A stretch of 64,000 bases of DNA. Source: an uncultured Alphaproteobacteria bacterium. Lineage in GTDB: Bacteria > Pseudomonadota > Alphaproteobacteria > Rhizobiales > Xanthobacteraceae. Both the position numbers and the translations under genes were made by a program. Below the pieces are notes generated by a model. It did no database searches. It was not told the origin of the DNA and saw only the letters and a list, made by a program, of their open reading frames with translations. Of this stretch, positions 51,482 through 61,101 are shown piece after piece; position 1 is the first letter of the stretch; each line of letters starts with the position of its first letter. The DNA is taken from the NCBI GenBank assembly GCA_963741115.1, contig CAVUGR010000008.1, positions 45,251 through 109,250 of the forward strand, in the 5' to 3' direction.

Positions 51482-52260
51482 GCGAACGCGCGCTCCGCAT
51501 CGGGCTCCCGGTCATTGTGCTGGTGCTCGTCGTGCTGGCTTGGGACCTTGTCGTGCGGCTGTTCGCCATTCCGCCTTATGTCTTGCCGAGTCCGGGCCTC
51601 GTGCTGACGACGCTGATTTCCGACGGCAGCCTGTTGTGGCAGTCGCTGCTGGTCACGCTGACGCTTACGCTTGAAGGTTTTCTGCTGGCGGCGCTTGGCG
51701 GCATCGCGCTGGCATTCGTATTCAACCAATGGCGGCTGGTCGAGCACGCGCTCTATCCCTACGCGGTCATTCTGCAGGTGACGCCAATCGTCGCTGTTGC
51801 GCCGCTGCTGCTGATCTATCTGCCGCAGCCGCTGGCGGTGCTGGCCTGCGCCTGGATCGTGGCGTTCTTCCCGGTACTCGCCAACACCACGCTGGGCGTA
51901 AGCTCGGTCGACCACAATCTCATCGCGCTGTTCGAACTCTACAAGGCGTCGCGCTGGCAGGTGCTGTGGAACTTGAAATTGCCGGCGGCTTTACCGCAGA
52001 TGCTGGCCGGCCTGCGCATAGCCGGCGGGCTGTCGCTGATCGGCGCGGTGGTGGCCGAGATCGCCGCGGGTTCGGCCGGCGCCGGCTCGGGGCTTGCCTA
52101 TCGCATCGCCGAATCCGGCTACCGGCTTAACATCCCGCGCATGTTCGCGGCACTGCTGCTGCTGTCGCTCGCCGGCGTCGCGATCTTCTTCGTGCTGTCG
52201 GCGCTCTCGCATCTTGCGCTGCGCCGCTGGCACGAGAGCGCGATCTCGCGCGAGCGCTAG
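51478..52260 (+). CDS. ABC transporter permease (NitT/TauT family)
   Basis: ATGA overlap with the ATPase stop. Intact 260-aa frame. Confidence 0.8.
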   Translation: MSERALRIGLPVIVLVLVVLAWDLVVRLFAIPPYVLPSPGLVLTTLISDGSLLWQSLLVTLTLTLEGFLLAALGGIALAFVFNQWRLVEHALYPYAVILQVTPIVAVAPLLLIYLPQPLAVLACAWIVAFFPVLANTTLGVSSVDHNLIALFELYKASRWQVLWNLKLPAALPQMLAGLRIAGGLSLIGAVVAEIAAGSAGAGSGLAYRIAESGYRLNIPRMFAALLLLSLAGVAIFFVLSALSHLALRRWHESAISRER

Positions 52261-52270
52261 AATTTATTTC

Positions 52271-52340
52271 CGTTCGTCCCCGCGAAAACGGGGACCCAGC
52301 GTTTCTTACCCTGGATCCCCGCTTGCGCGGGAATGAACGG
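52271..52340. repeat. REP-like element, family B (two half-palindromes)
   Basis: GTCCCCGCGAAAACGGGGACCCAG ... GGATCCCCGCTTGCGCGGGAATG. Confidence 0.5.
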
Positions 52341-52342
52341 AG

Positions 52343-53673
52343 TCACATTACGTAATGTATCGCCGCGCCGAGCGCGGCCATTGCCAAAACGACTTCGATC
52401 AGGCTGCGGTGCAGCCCGAAGGCTAGCACCGCGGCGATAGCCGCCAGCGCCGCCGCACGGATATCGAGCGCCAGCGGATCGAAGGCGTACCAGCGCAGCG
52501 GGCCGGCGTGCATTTCGGTGACTTTGCCGAACAGTACATGCAGCGCGAACCAGACCGACAGATTGAGGATGACGCCGACCACCGCCGCGGTGATGGCGGC
52601 GAGCGCGCCCGACAGATTTCGGTTGGCGCGCAGCCGCTCAACGAAAGGCGCGCCGGCAAATATCCACAGCATCGAGGGAACGAATGTCACCCATGTCGTC
52701 ATCGCGGCGCCGAGCACGCCGGCGGTGATGGGAGAAAACGGCGGCGCCTCGCGAAACGCCGCGAGGAAGCCGACGAATTGTGTGACCAGAATAAGCGGTC
52801 CCGGCGTGGTTTCGGCCAAGCCCAAGCCATCGACCATCTCGGGCGCGCTCATCCAGCCGTAGGTCTCCACTGCCTGCTGCGCCATATAGGCGAGCAGCGC
52901 ATAGGCACCGCCGAAACTCACCACCGCGAGTTTGGAAAAAAGAATCCGATGCTTGTAATGACATGGTGCGGGCCGAGAATCAGTGCCGCAAGCAAGACCG
53001 GGGTCCACCATGCCAGCAATCCCACAAGCGACGCCACGACGAATTGCCGCCAGCGGCCTTTCGCCGGTGGTGGCACGCTTTCCATTTTGGCGGCGATGCC
53101 GAGCCGCTCGGGCGAGCGGCGCGCGACCAAATATCCGATGAGCGCGGCGGCTGCGACGATCAAGGGAAATGGCAGTGCCAGAAAGAAGATGCCAACAAAG
53201 GCCGCCGCCGCCAAGGCGAGCAGCACCGAAGTCTTGAGCGCGCGCTTGCCGATGCGGATGAGCGCCTCGATCACGATCACCAGCACGGCAGCCTTGATGC
53301 CGAATAGAATTCCGTCCACGACCGAGATGCCGCGCCCGAGCGCATAGAGCAGGCTCAATCCCAGCATCACGAAGGCGCCCGGCAGCACGAACAGGATGCC
53401 GGCCGTCAGGCCGCCGCGCACGCCGTGCAGCAGCCAGCCCAGATAAGTGGCGAGTTTTTGCGCCTCCGGCCCGGGCAGCAGCATGCAGAAATTGAGTGCG
53501 TGCAGGAAACGCTGCTCTTCCACCCACTTCTTCTCGTCGACCACGACGCGATGCATCAATGCGATCTGCGCCGCCGGCCCGCCGAAATTGATGCAGCCGA
53601 TCCCCAGCCAGACCTTGAAGGCTTCGCCGAAGCTCGGAGGCGGGCTGGCTTCAGTTGGTGCCATGGTGGTCAT
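52343..53673 (-). pseudogene. chrA: chromate transporter ChrA (CHR family, two-domain), one frameshift near 52960
   Basis: The N-terminal CHR half ([23 protein letters not shown]...) is in ORF 52918-53724. The C-terminal half ([15 protein letters not shown]...) is in ORF 52343-53527. The ATG at 53673 overlaps the upstream gene stop (ATGA). Confidence 0.75.
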
Positions 53674-54494
53674 GCCGCCTTTGCTGGCCAGTTGTGCCGT
53701 TCGTCGGCGGCAAAGCGCAGCCACGCGAACAAACCATCGTAGACCAAGAAACCGCGTTTGAGCAGCCCGTGATCATCATCGCCGGCCAGCGCTGACAGGC
53801 CGAGCGAGATCGCGTGCAGCCCAGCCGCCTCCGGTGCGATGTCGGGCCGCGCGGTGTCGGCGCCGCGCACGATCAGGGCAAGGCGCGCCAGAGAGGGTTC
53901 GCCTTCCAGTCCGAACAGCTTGAGCATGGTGTCGAAGGTGCAGCGCTCGCCATCATGGCTCAATTCGATGTCCTTGATATCGAACGGGACGCCGCCGCTC
54001 TCGCGCGCGACATTCACCACCTGATCCGGGTCGACGAACAGGATGCGGGCCTGCGGATCGAGAAAACGATGCACCAGCCAGGGACAGGCGATGCGGTCGA
54101 TCTTCGGCCGCCGCCGCGTCACCCATACGCCCGGGCGCTTCGGCGTGAGCCGGTCGAGCTCAGGCTTGGCAACCAGCGGCAAGCCGGCTTTCGCCCAGGC
54201 CTCGTAGCCGCCTTCCAGCACGCGTGCATCGAAGCCGTCGGCGCGCAATTGCGCCACCGTGGTCTGGCTCATTTCGTGACCGGCCTTGCAGGCGATGGCG
54301 ACCGACCGCGCGCGATCGAACTCGGCCGACCAGGCTTGCGCCTTGCTCGCATCGCGCCAAGTCGCCGCCGGCAACAGGTGTGGCGAGGCCTCGAAGGCTT
54401 CGCGCCGCCGCACGTCGATGATTTGCGGCGCATCGCGCGTCGCGATCGCATTCCAGAGATCTTTCGGTGAGACTGAGTAGGCCGGAGACAGCAT
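53670..54494 (-). CDS. rhodanese-domain / chromate-resistance (Chrome_Resist, ChrB C-terminal-like) fusion protein
   Basis: N-terminal rhodanese-like region (IIDVRRREAFEASPHLLPAATW ... CKAGHEMSQTTV), then KIDRIACPWLVHRFLDPQARILFVD, typical of the Chrome_Resist domain. Translationally coupled to chrA. Confidence 0.65.
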   Translation of the reverse strand: MLSPAYSVSPKDLWNAIATRDAPQIIDVRRREAFEASPHLLPAATWRDASKAQAWSAEFDRARSVAIACKAGHEMSQTTVAQLRADGFDARVLEGGYEAWAKAGLPLVAKPELDRLTPKRPGVWVTRRRPKIDRIACPWLVHRFLDPQARILFVDPDQVVNVARESGGVPFDIKDIELSHDGERCTFDTMLKLFGLEGEPSLARLALIVRGADTARPDIAPEAAGLHAISLGLSALAGDDDHGLLKRGFLVYDGLFAWLRFAADERHNWPAKAA

Positions 54495-54606
54495 AGGTCC
54501 CCTCCGTGAACGAAGGAGACGGTGCTTGGGCTCCGTAGCCTAAAGGGGCGACCGCCGCAGGCCCCACCAAAAAAATCTAGCTCAGCGCATCATCGCGGGC
54601 AAGCCG

Positions 54607-55347
54607 TCAGCGAAAGAATGCCGGCACCACCAGCGACAATCCGGAAATCAGCAACAAGAAGAGAATGGCCTTGCGAAAGGCCGCGTCGTCGAGTTTTCCG
54701 TAGAGTTTGATACCGACCCACAAACCCAACAGCAGCGCCGGCAAGCCCATGAGGAAAAGTTTGAGGATGTCGGCGTTGAACAGATGGCCCGCGGCCGCGA
54801 AAGTCAGCGTGGCCATGGTCATGGTCATGAACAGCACGGGCTGAAAAATCGCGCGCTGCACGTCTTTCGGGCCGCCGCCGAGTTGCACCCAGATCGTGCT
54901 GATGACTCCGCCAAGACCGGTGAGACCACCGAGCAGGCCGTTCAGGACGCCGATGCCGGTATCGGCCGCCGGATTGGATCTGATGGGGGTGAAGGTCGGC
55001 CGCGCGAGGTTGTAGGTGCTGTACGCGATCAGCAATACGCCGACGCCGATGCGCAGGTACGCGGGATTGAGAAAGGTCACCAGATAGGCGCCAAGCGGGA
55101 CGCCAACGGCTGCGCCGATGACGAACGGCAGAATCCGCCGCCACTGCAGCGCATGGCGGACTTTCCAGACGCCATAGGCTTGATTGACCACCCCGTAGGC
55201 GGCGATCAGCATCGCCGTCTGCAAAGGCGTGATGATGTGCAACCAGACGCCCGACACAACAAGTCCGGCTGCGAAGCCGGTCAGGCCGCTGGTGAAACCG
55301 CCGAGAAATGTCGCGATAAGGAAAAGTGCGATTGTCATGCCATCCAT
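54607..55347 (-). CDS. sulfite exporter TauE/SafE family permease, copy 1
   Basis: ATG at 55347 (MDGMTIALF...). 4+4 TM repeat architecture. Confidence 0.8.
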   Translation of the reverse strand: MDGMTIALFLIATFLGGFTSGLTGFAAGLVVSGVWLHIITPLQTAMLIAAYGVVNQAYGVWKVRHALQWRRILPFVIGAAVGVPLGAYLVTFLNPAYLRIGVGVLLIAYSTYNLARPTFTPIRSNPAADTGIGVLNGLLGGLTGLGGVISTIWVQLGGGPKDVQRAIFQPVLFMTMTMATLTFAAAGHLFNADILKLFLMGLPALLLGLWVGIKLYGKLDDAAFRKAILFLLLISGLSLVVPAFFR

Positions 55348-55592
55348 AGAAGTCGCTCCCGGAGCGAAAGGGCGCAGCGCTTGGATGGATGTCATCTGAC
55401 GGGGAGGCGGCATGGTCCCCGGGTTATGTCGAATTGTATTTCTGAGATCGCTCAGCCCGCAAACAGCACAGGTCCCCTCCGTGAACGAAGGAGACGGTGC
55501 TTGGGCTCGCAAGCCTTGGAGAAATGGGGCGACCGCCGCAGACCCCACTCGAAAACTGTAGCGCAACTGCGGATTTGCAGCAAGCCGTTCGA

Positions 55593-56333
55593 TCATCGCA
55601 ACAGCGACCACGGCACGATCAGCGTCAGCCCAGACAACAGCAGGAGCAGGAGAATGATCTTTCGGAATGCAGCTTCGTCGAGATGCCCATAAAGCCTCAG
55701 CCCGAGCCAAAGTCCGGCCGCGAGCGGCGGCAGCCCATAAAGATACAATTTAGCGAGATCGGCCGTGACCGCGCCGGCAAACCCCAGTGAAATCGCCGTC
55801 ATCACGAAGGCTGCCAGGATGACCGGTTGAAAGATCGCGCGTTGGGTATCCCTCGGCCAGCCACGCAACTGGCACCAGATTGTGATGACTGGGCCCGCCA
55901 GCCCGGTCATTCCGCCGAGCAACCCGTTGAGTACGCCGACGCCGGTCTCGACGGCGAAGCCGGCGTGCATCGGCTTGAGATGAGGGCGCGCCAGCGAATA
56001 GGCGCTGTAGACAACGAGCAGGACCCCTACGCCAACGCGAAGAAAACCGGGATTGATATAAGTAAGCAGCGCGGCGCCGATTGGAATGCCGATTGCGCCG
56101 CCGATAATGAAAGGCGCGACCTTACGCCACGCCAACGCATGCCGCAGTTTCCAGATGCCATAGGCTTGCACCAGCAGGCCGTAACCGACGATCAAGGCCG
56201 CGGTCTGAATCGGCGTGAGGATGTGCAACCAGATGCCAGACACCACCAGGCCCATGGCGAAGCCGGCCAGGCCCGTGACGATGCCGCCGATGAAAACAGT
56301 AAAAAGGAAAATTCCGAGAATCGTGCCATCCAT
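55593..56333 (-). CDS. sulfite exporter TauE/SafE family permease, copy 2 (tandem paralog)
   Basis: ATG at 56333 (MDGTILGIF...). Aligned directly, about 65-70% identical to copy 1. Confidence 0.8.
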   Translation of the reverse strand: MDGTILGIFLFTVFIGGIVTGLAGFAMGLVVSGIWLHILTPIQTAALIVGYGLLVQAYGIWKLRHALAWRKVAPFIIGGAIGIPIGAALLTYINPGFLRVGVGVLLVVYSAYSLARPHLKPMHAGFAVETGVGVLNGLLGGMTGLAGPVITIWCQLRGWPRDTQRAIFQPVILAAFVMTAISLGFAGAVTADLAKLYLYGLPPLAAGLWLGLRLYGHLDEAAFRKIILLLLLLSGLTLIVPWSLLR

Positions 56334-56475
56334 GGGTCGCTCCCAACATGAAGTGACCAGCGCTTGGATGCGATTCTCTGGATGGATGGCTGCCATCTCC
56401 AGGGGAGGCTGCTATGTCCCCTGCCAGCGCTGTATAGCAATCCACGACTAATCGAACCAGCCAGATTTATCCGCT

Positions 56476-57405
56476 ATGCCCAGCACGAAAATGAAGGCGA
56501 TCGAGATCGCGCAGCAACGCCGTCAGCGGCTGATCGGCATCGCCTTGATGTGCGCGACCGTGGCCGTTTTTGCTTGTCTCGACACCACAGCGAAATATCT
56601 CGGCACGCAGATGGACCCGCTGCAGGTCGCCTGGGGCCGCTACACCAGCGCCTTCGTTTTGACGCTGATCATCTCCAATCCGATCACGCATCCCGGTCTC
56701 GTCAAGACCAGGCGCCCGGTACTCCAGCTCGTGCGGGCATCGCTGCTGGTCGCCTCGACGGTGCTGAATTTCTTCGCGCTGCGCTGGCTGCAACTCGACG
56801 AAGCGCTATCGATCATTTTTACGTTCCCGTTCATTGTCGCCATCGCGTCAGGCCCGATTCTAGGCGAGTGGCTCGGCTGGCGGCGCTGGACTGCGATTGG
56901 CGTCGGCTTCTGCGGCGTGCTGCTGATCACGCGGCCCGGCCTCGGCGGCTTCAATCCAGGGGCTTTGCTCTCGCTGGCCTCGGTGATCTGCTACGGGCTC
57001 TATGCGGTACTCACCCGCGTCGCATCGCGTGTCGATTCCAACCAAACCTCGCTGTTCTACAACAACGCCGTCGGGGCGCTGGTGATGCTGCCGGTCATTC
57101 CGTTCGTCTGGACGACGCCGGCGAGCTGGGTCATCACGCTGATGCTCTTGGGAACCGGCGTGCTCGGCAGCCTCGGGCATTTCTTTCTGATCTCCGGGCA
57201 CAAGCTGGCGCCGGCCGCGGTGCTGTCGCCCTTCATCTACACGCAACTGATCTGGGTGGTGATCTTGGGGTATCTGGTGTTCGACCACGTGCCGACCGCC
57301 TGGACCCTGGCGGGGGCGGCGATTGTCATCGGTTCCGGCCTGTATTTGCTGTATCGCGAGCGCCAGGTGGGCAAGACCACCACCAGCGAGGCGGTTATCG
57401 AATAG
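56476..57405 (+). CDS. DMT superfamily transporter (EamA-like)
   Basis: 309-aa intact ORF with 10 predicted TM segments in two EamA repeats. Confidence 0.8.
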   Translation: MPSTKMKAIEIAQQRRQRLIGIALMCATVAVFACLDTTAKYLGTQMDPLQVAWGRYTSAFVLTLIISNPITHPGLVKTRRPVLQLVRASLLVASTVLNFFALRWLQLDEALSIIFTFPFIVAIASGPILGEWLGWRRWTAIGVGFCGVLLITRPGLGGFNPGALLSLASVICYGLYAVLTRVASRVDSNQTSLFYNNAVGALVMLPVIPFVWTTPASWVITLMLLGTGVLGSLGHFFLISGHKLAPAAVLSPFIYTQLIWVVILGYLVFDHVPTAWTLAGAAIVIGSGLYLLYRERQVGKTTTSEAVIE

Positions 57406-57490
57406 AGAATGAATAGAGAGTTGCAGCCTCGCGCCGAGAGGGGCTAAGTTCCCGGCCACAAAACAAATTCCGACCTTTCGAGGATCATCC

Positions 57491-58525
57491 ATGGCGACAG
57501 TAAAGGACCGGGCCTCGGTGCCGGCCGGCTCGGGCTTGAACGACGATATCGGCGAGCCAAAGCGCCTGGACATGTACCGCTCGCAAGTGCGCCTGCGCGA
57601 AGCGGAGCAGCGCGCCTACGATCTGTTCCTGCAAAATTTGGTCAAGGGCACCAGCCATCTGTCGCTCGGACAAGAGGCGGTCGCCACCGGCTTTGCCGAA
57701 GCCATGCAGAAAGGCGACTTGAGTTTTTGCACCTATCGCGGCCACGCCCATACGCTGGCGCGCGGCGTGCCGGTCGAGAAGGTGCTCGGCGAACTGATGC
57801 AGCGCGACAACGGCTTGATGCGCGGCAAGGGCGGCTCGATGCATCTGACCTCCGAGGCACACGGCGTGATGGGCTCCTACGCCATCATCGGCGCGCATCT
57901 TCCGATCGCCTGCGGCGCCGCCTGGCGCGCGCAATACAAAGGCGACAAGGACGTGTCGGTCTGCTTCTTCGGCGACGGCACCACGAATATCGGCGCGTTC
58001 CATGAGGCGCTCAATTTCGCCGCGGTCTGGAAGCTGCCGGTGATCTTCGTGTGCGAGAACAATCTCTATATGGAATACACACCGATTGCCGACGTGACCG
58101 CGGTCGAGCATCCGGCCGCTGACCGCGCGTCGGCCTACGGCCTCGAGCGCATCGTGATCGACGGCAACGACGCCGACGTCGTGTACCGCACCGCGCAGAA
58201 GGCCTTCGCCAAGGCGCGCGCCGGCGACGGGCCATCGCTGATCGAATGCATGACCTATCGTCACAGCGGCCATTCGCGCGCCGACCCCGCCAAATATCGT
58301 CCCGAGGGCGAGCTGGAAAAGTGGAAGCTGCGCGATCCGATCAAGATCTATCGCGAACGGCTGCTGCAGTTCGGCATTTCGGAAAAAGTCATCGCCGAGA
58401 TCGACGCCAGCGTGCTCAAGGAGGTCGATGACGCGACCGAGGTCTGCAAGGCCGCGCCGCCGCCGCCGCTCGATATCCTGACCACCGATGTCTACGCTGA
58501 CGGAGGTTGGGCATGGCGGAACTGA
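57491..58525 (+). CDS. thiamine-diphosphate-dependent 2-oxoacid (pyruvate/acetoin-type) dehydrogenase E1 component alpha subunit
   Basis: GDG(X)nN ThDP-binding motif (CFFGDGTTNIGAFHEALNFAA...CENN) and the phosphorylation-loop region YRHSGHS. Confidence 0.85.
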   Translation: MATVKDRASVPAGSGLNDDIGEPKRLDMYRSQVRLREAEQRAYDLFLQNLVKGTSHLSLGQEAVATGFAEAMQKGDLSFCTYRGHAHTLARGVPVEKVLGELMQRDNGLMRGKGGSMHLTSEAHGVMGSYAIIGAHLPIACGAAWRAQYKGDKDVSVCFFGDGTTNIGAFHEALNFAAVWKLPVIFVCENNLYMEYTPIADVTAVEHPAADRASAYGLERIVIDGNDADVVYRTAQKAFAKARAGDGPSLIECMTYRHSGHSRADPAKYRPEGELEKWKLRDPIKIYRERLLQFGISEKVIAEIDASVLKEVDDATEVCKAAPPPPLDILTTDVYADGGWAWRN

Positions 58526-59493
58526 GTTATCGCGACGCCGTCATCCGCGGCATCGCGCAGGAAATGGCGCGCGATCCCGATGTCGTCTTCCTCGGCGAGG
58601 ATGTGGCCAAGGCCGGCGGCGTGTTCAAGGCGACCGTCGGGCTGTTCGAGCAGTTCGGGCCGTTGCGCGTGCGCGACACGCCGATCTCCGAGCAGGCGAT
58701 CCTCGGCGCCGCCATGGGCGCGGCGATGACCGGGCTGAAGCCGATCGCCGAGATCATGTTTTCGGACTTCTTCGCGGTCTGCTTCGACTACATCGCCAAT
58801 GAATTCCCCAAGAGCCGCTACATGTCGAACGGGCAGACCAAATGCCCGCTGGTGGTGCGTACCGGCAATGGCGCGGGCTCGCGCTTCGGCGCGCAGCACA
58901 GCCAGAGCGTCGAGAACTGGTGCATGATGATCCCCGGGCTGAAGGTGGTGGCGCCTTCGACCCCGCTCGACGTCATCGGCCTGCTGGCGGCGGCGGTGCG
59001 CGATCCCGATCCGGTGATTTTTCTCGAGCACAAGTCGCTCTACGCGACCAAGGGCGAGGTTCCGGACGGCGAGATCGTCGACACGCTGGGCACCGCCAAG
59101 ATCGTGCGGCCCGGCAAGGACGCCACCATCGTGGCGCTGGCCTTGATGGTTCCGCGCGCGCTCGAGGCAGCCGAGAAGCTCAAGGCCGAACACGGCATCG
59201 ATTGCGAAGTTGTCGATGTGCGCTCGCTGGTGCCGCTCGACACGCAGACGATTCTCGGTTCGGTCGCCAAGACGCACCGGCTGTTCACGGTCGAGGAAAA
59301 TCCACGTCTTTGCGGCTGGGGCGCCGAGATCGTTTCGATCGTGGCGGATGAATTGTTCTACGATCTCGACGGGCCGCCGGTGCGCATCACCACACCGCAT
59401 ATACCGTTGCCGGCCGCCGACATCCTGGAAGACATCGTGCTGCCGACACCGGCTCGCATCATGGACACGGTGCGGCGGAGTTTGGGGAGCTGA
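58513..59493 (+). CDS. 2-oxoacid dehydrogenase E1 component beta subunit (transketolase-like)
   Basis: The ATG at 58513 overlaps the alpha subunit end. Intact 326 aa. Confidence 0.85.
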   Translation: MAELSYRDAVIRGIAQEMARDPDVVFLGEDVAKAGGVFKATVGLFEQFGPLRVRDTPISEQAILGAAMGAAMTGLKPIAEIMFSDFFAVCFDYIANEFPKSRYMSNGQTKCPLVVRTGNGAGSRFGAQHSQSVENWCMMIPGLKVVAPSTPLDVIGLLAAAVRDPDPVIFLEHKSLYATKGEVPDGEIVDTLGTAKIVRPGKDATIVALALMVPRALEAAEKLKAEHGIDCEVVDVRSLVPLDTQTILGSVAKTHRLFTVEENPRLCGWGAEIVSIVADELFYDLDGPPVRITTPHIPLPAADILEDIVLPTPARIMDTVRRSLGS

Positions 59494-59636
59494 GTTCTTT
59501 TGTCCCGGACGCGATGCAGCGCTTAGCGGTGCATCGCTGATCCGGGACCATTACGGGTTGAGACGGTACCGGTTCTACGGCGCATCACTTTGTGCTGCGC
59601 TGCGCCCGGGACAAGATGAGTTGAAGGACAATCATC

Positions 59637-61088
59637 ATGTACGAAAATCTCCTCGCCAATGTTCCGACCGACCTGTGGATCGGCGGCAAGTGGCGCAAGT
59701 CGTCCGATAACCAGCGCTTCGACGTGATCGATCCGGCGACTGAAAAGACCATCGCGTCGGTCGCGAGCGCCACCGTCGAGGACGCCAAGGCAGCCGTCGA
59801 TGCCGCGGACGCTGCCTTTTCAGGCTGGGCTTCCCGCAAGCCGCGCGAACGCGCGGAGATCCTGCGCAAGGCCTATGAACTGATCATGCGCGATGCCGAG
59901 CGCTTCGCCAAACTGATCACGCTGGAAAACGGCAAGGCGCTGTCGGATGCGCGCGGCGAAATCGCTTATGCCGCCGAATTCTTCCGGTGGTACGCGGAAG
60001 AGGCCGTGCGCAATATCGGCCAGATCTCGATGGCGCCGGCTTCCGGCGCCCGCATCGTGGCGCAGCACAAGCCGGCCGGCATCGCCGTGCTGGTGACGCC
60101 GTGGAATTTCCCGGCCGCAATGGCGACGCGCAAGATCGGCCCGGCGCTCGCCGCCGGCTGTCCGGTGGTGCTCAAACCTGCCTCCGACACCCCGCTCACC
60201 ATGCTGGCTTTGATGCCGGTGCTGGAAGAGGCGGGCGTTCCCGCCGGCGTGGTCAACGTGGTGCCATCGCGCCGCTCCGGCCCGGTGGTCAGTGCGATGC
60301 TGCACGATCCGCGCGTGCGCGTGCTGTCGTTCACCGGCTCGACCGAAGTCGGCCGCAAGCTGCTGCACGAGGCCGCCGACAACATCATCAAGCCATCGAT
60401 GGAGCTGGGCGGCAACGCGCCGTTCCTGGTGTTCGAGGACGCCGACATCGATGCCGCGATCGACGGCGCGATGATCGCCAAGATGCGCAACATGGGCGAG
60501 GCCTGCACCGCGGCCAACCGCTTCTACGTGCACGAGAAGGTGCATGACGAATTCGCCAAGAAGCTGACCGACAAGATGAAGGCCCTCAAGATGGGCAACG
60601 GCCTCGACGACGGCATCAATCTGGGGCCGCTGGTCAACAAAGAAGGCCGCGACAAGGTGATCGAACTGGTCGACGACGCGGTGAGCAAAGGCGCCAAGGT
60701 GCTGACCGGCGGCAAGTCGTCGGACGGGCCAGGCTATTTTTATCCCGCGACCGTTCTCACCAACGTGTCCGACGACGCCAAGATGCTGAACGAGGAAATC
60801 TTCGGGCCGGTGGCCTCGATCCAGACATTCAAGACCGAGGACGAGGCGATCAAGCGCGCCAACGACACCGAATATGGCCTGGTGGCCTATCTGTTCACCA
60901 AGGATCTCAGCCGCGGCATGCGCGTTTCCGAGAAACTCGATTTCGGCATGATCGGCCTGAATCGTGGGCTGGTGTCCGATCCGGCGGCGCCGTTCGGCGG
61001 CACCAAGCAGTCCGGCCTCGGCCGCGAAGGCGCGCAAGAGGGCATGAAGGAATTCCAGGAAACGCAATACGTGTCGGTGATCTGGTAA
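59637..61088 (+). CDS. NAD(P)-dependent succinate-semialdehyde dehydrogenase-like aldehyde dehydrogenase
   Basis: 483-aa intact ORF. SSADH-type motifs (VLVTPWNFP; ELGGNAP; catalytic Cys in GEACTAANR). Confidence 0.85.
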   Translation: MYENLLANVPTDLWIGGKWRKSSDNQRFDVIDPATEKTIASVASATVEDAKAAVDAADAAFSGWASRKPRERAEILRKAYELIMRDAERFAKLITLENGKALSDARGEIAYAAEFFRWYAEEAVRNIGQISMAPASGARIVAQHKPAGIAVLVTPWNFPAAMATRKIGPALAAGCPVVLKPASDTPLTMLALMPVLEEAGVPAGVVNVVPSRRSGPVVSAMLHDPRVRVLSFTGSTEVGRKLLHEAADNIIKPSMELGGNAPFLVFEDADIDAAIDGAMIAKMRNMGEACTAANRFYVHEKVHDEFAKKLTDKMKALKMGNGLDDGINLGPLVNKEGRDKVIELVDDAVSKGAKVLTGGKSSDGPGYFYPATVLTNVSDDAKMLNEEIFGPVASIQTFKTEDEAIKRANDTEYGLVAYLFTKDLSRGMRVSEKLDFGMIGLNRGLVSDPAAPFGGTKQSGLGREGAQEGMKEFQETQYVSVIW

Positions 61089-61101
61089 AGGAAGCGCTTA
61101 A

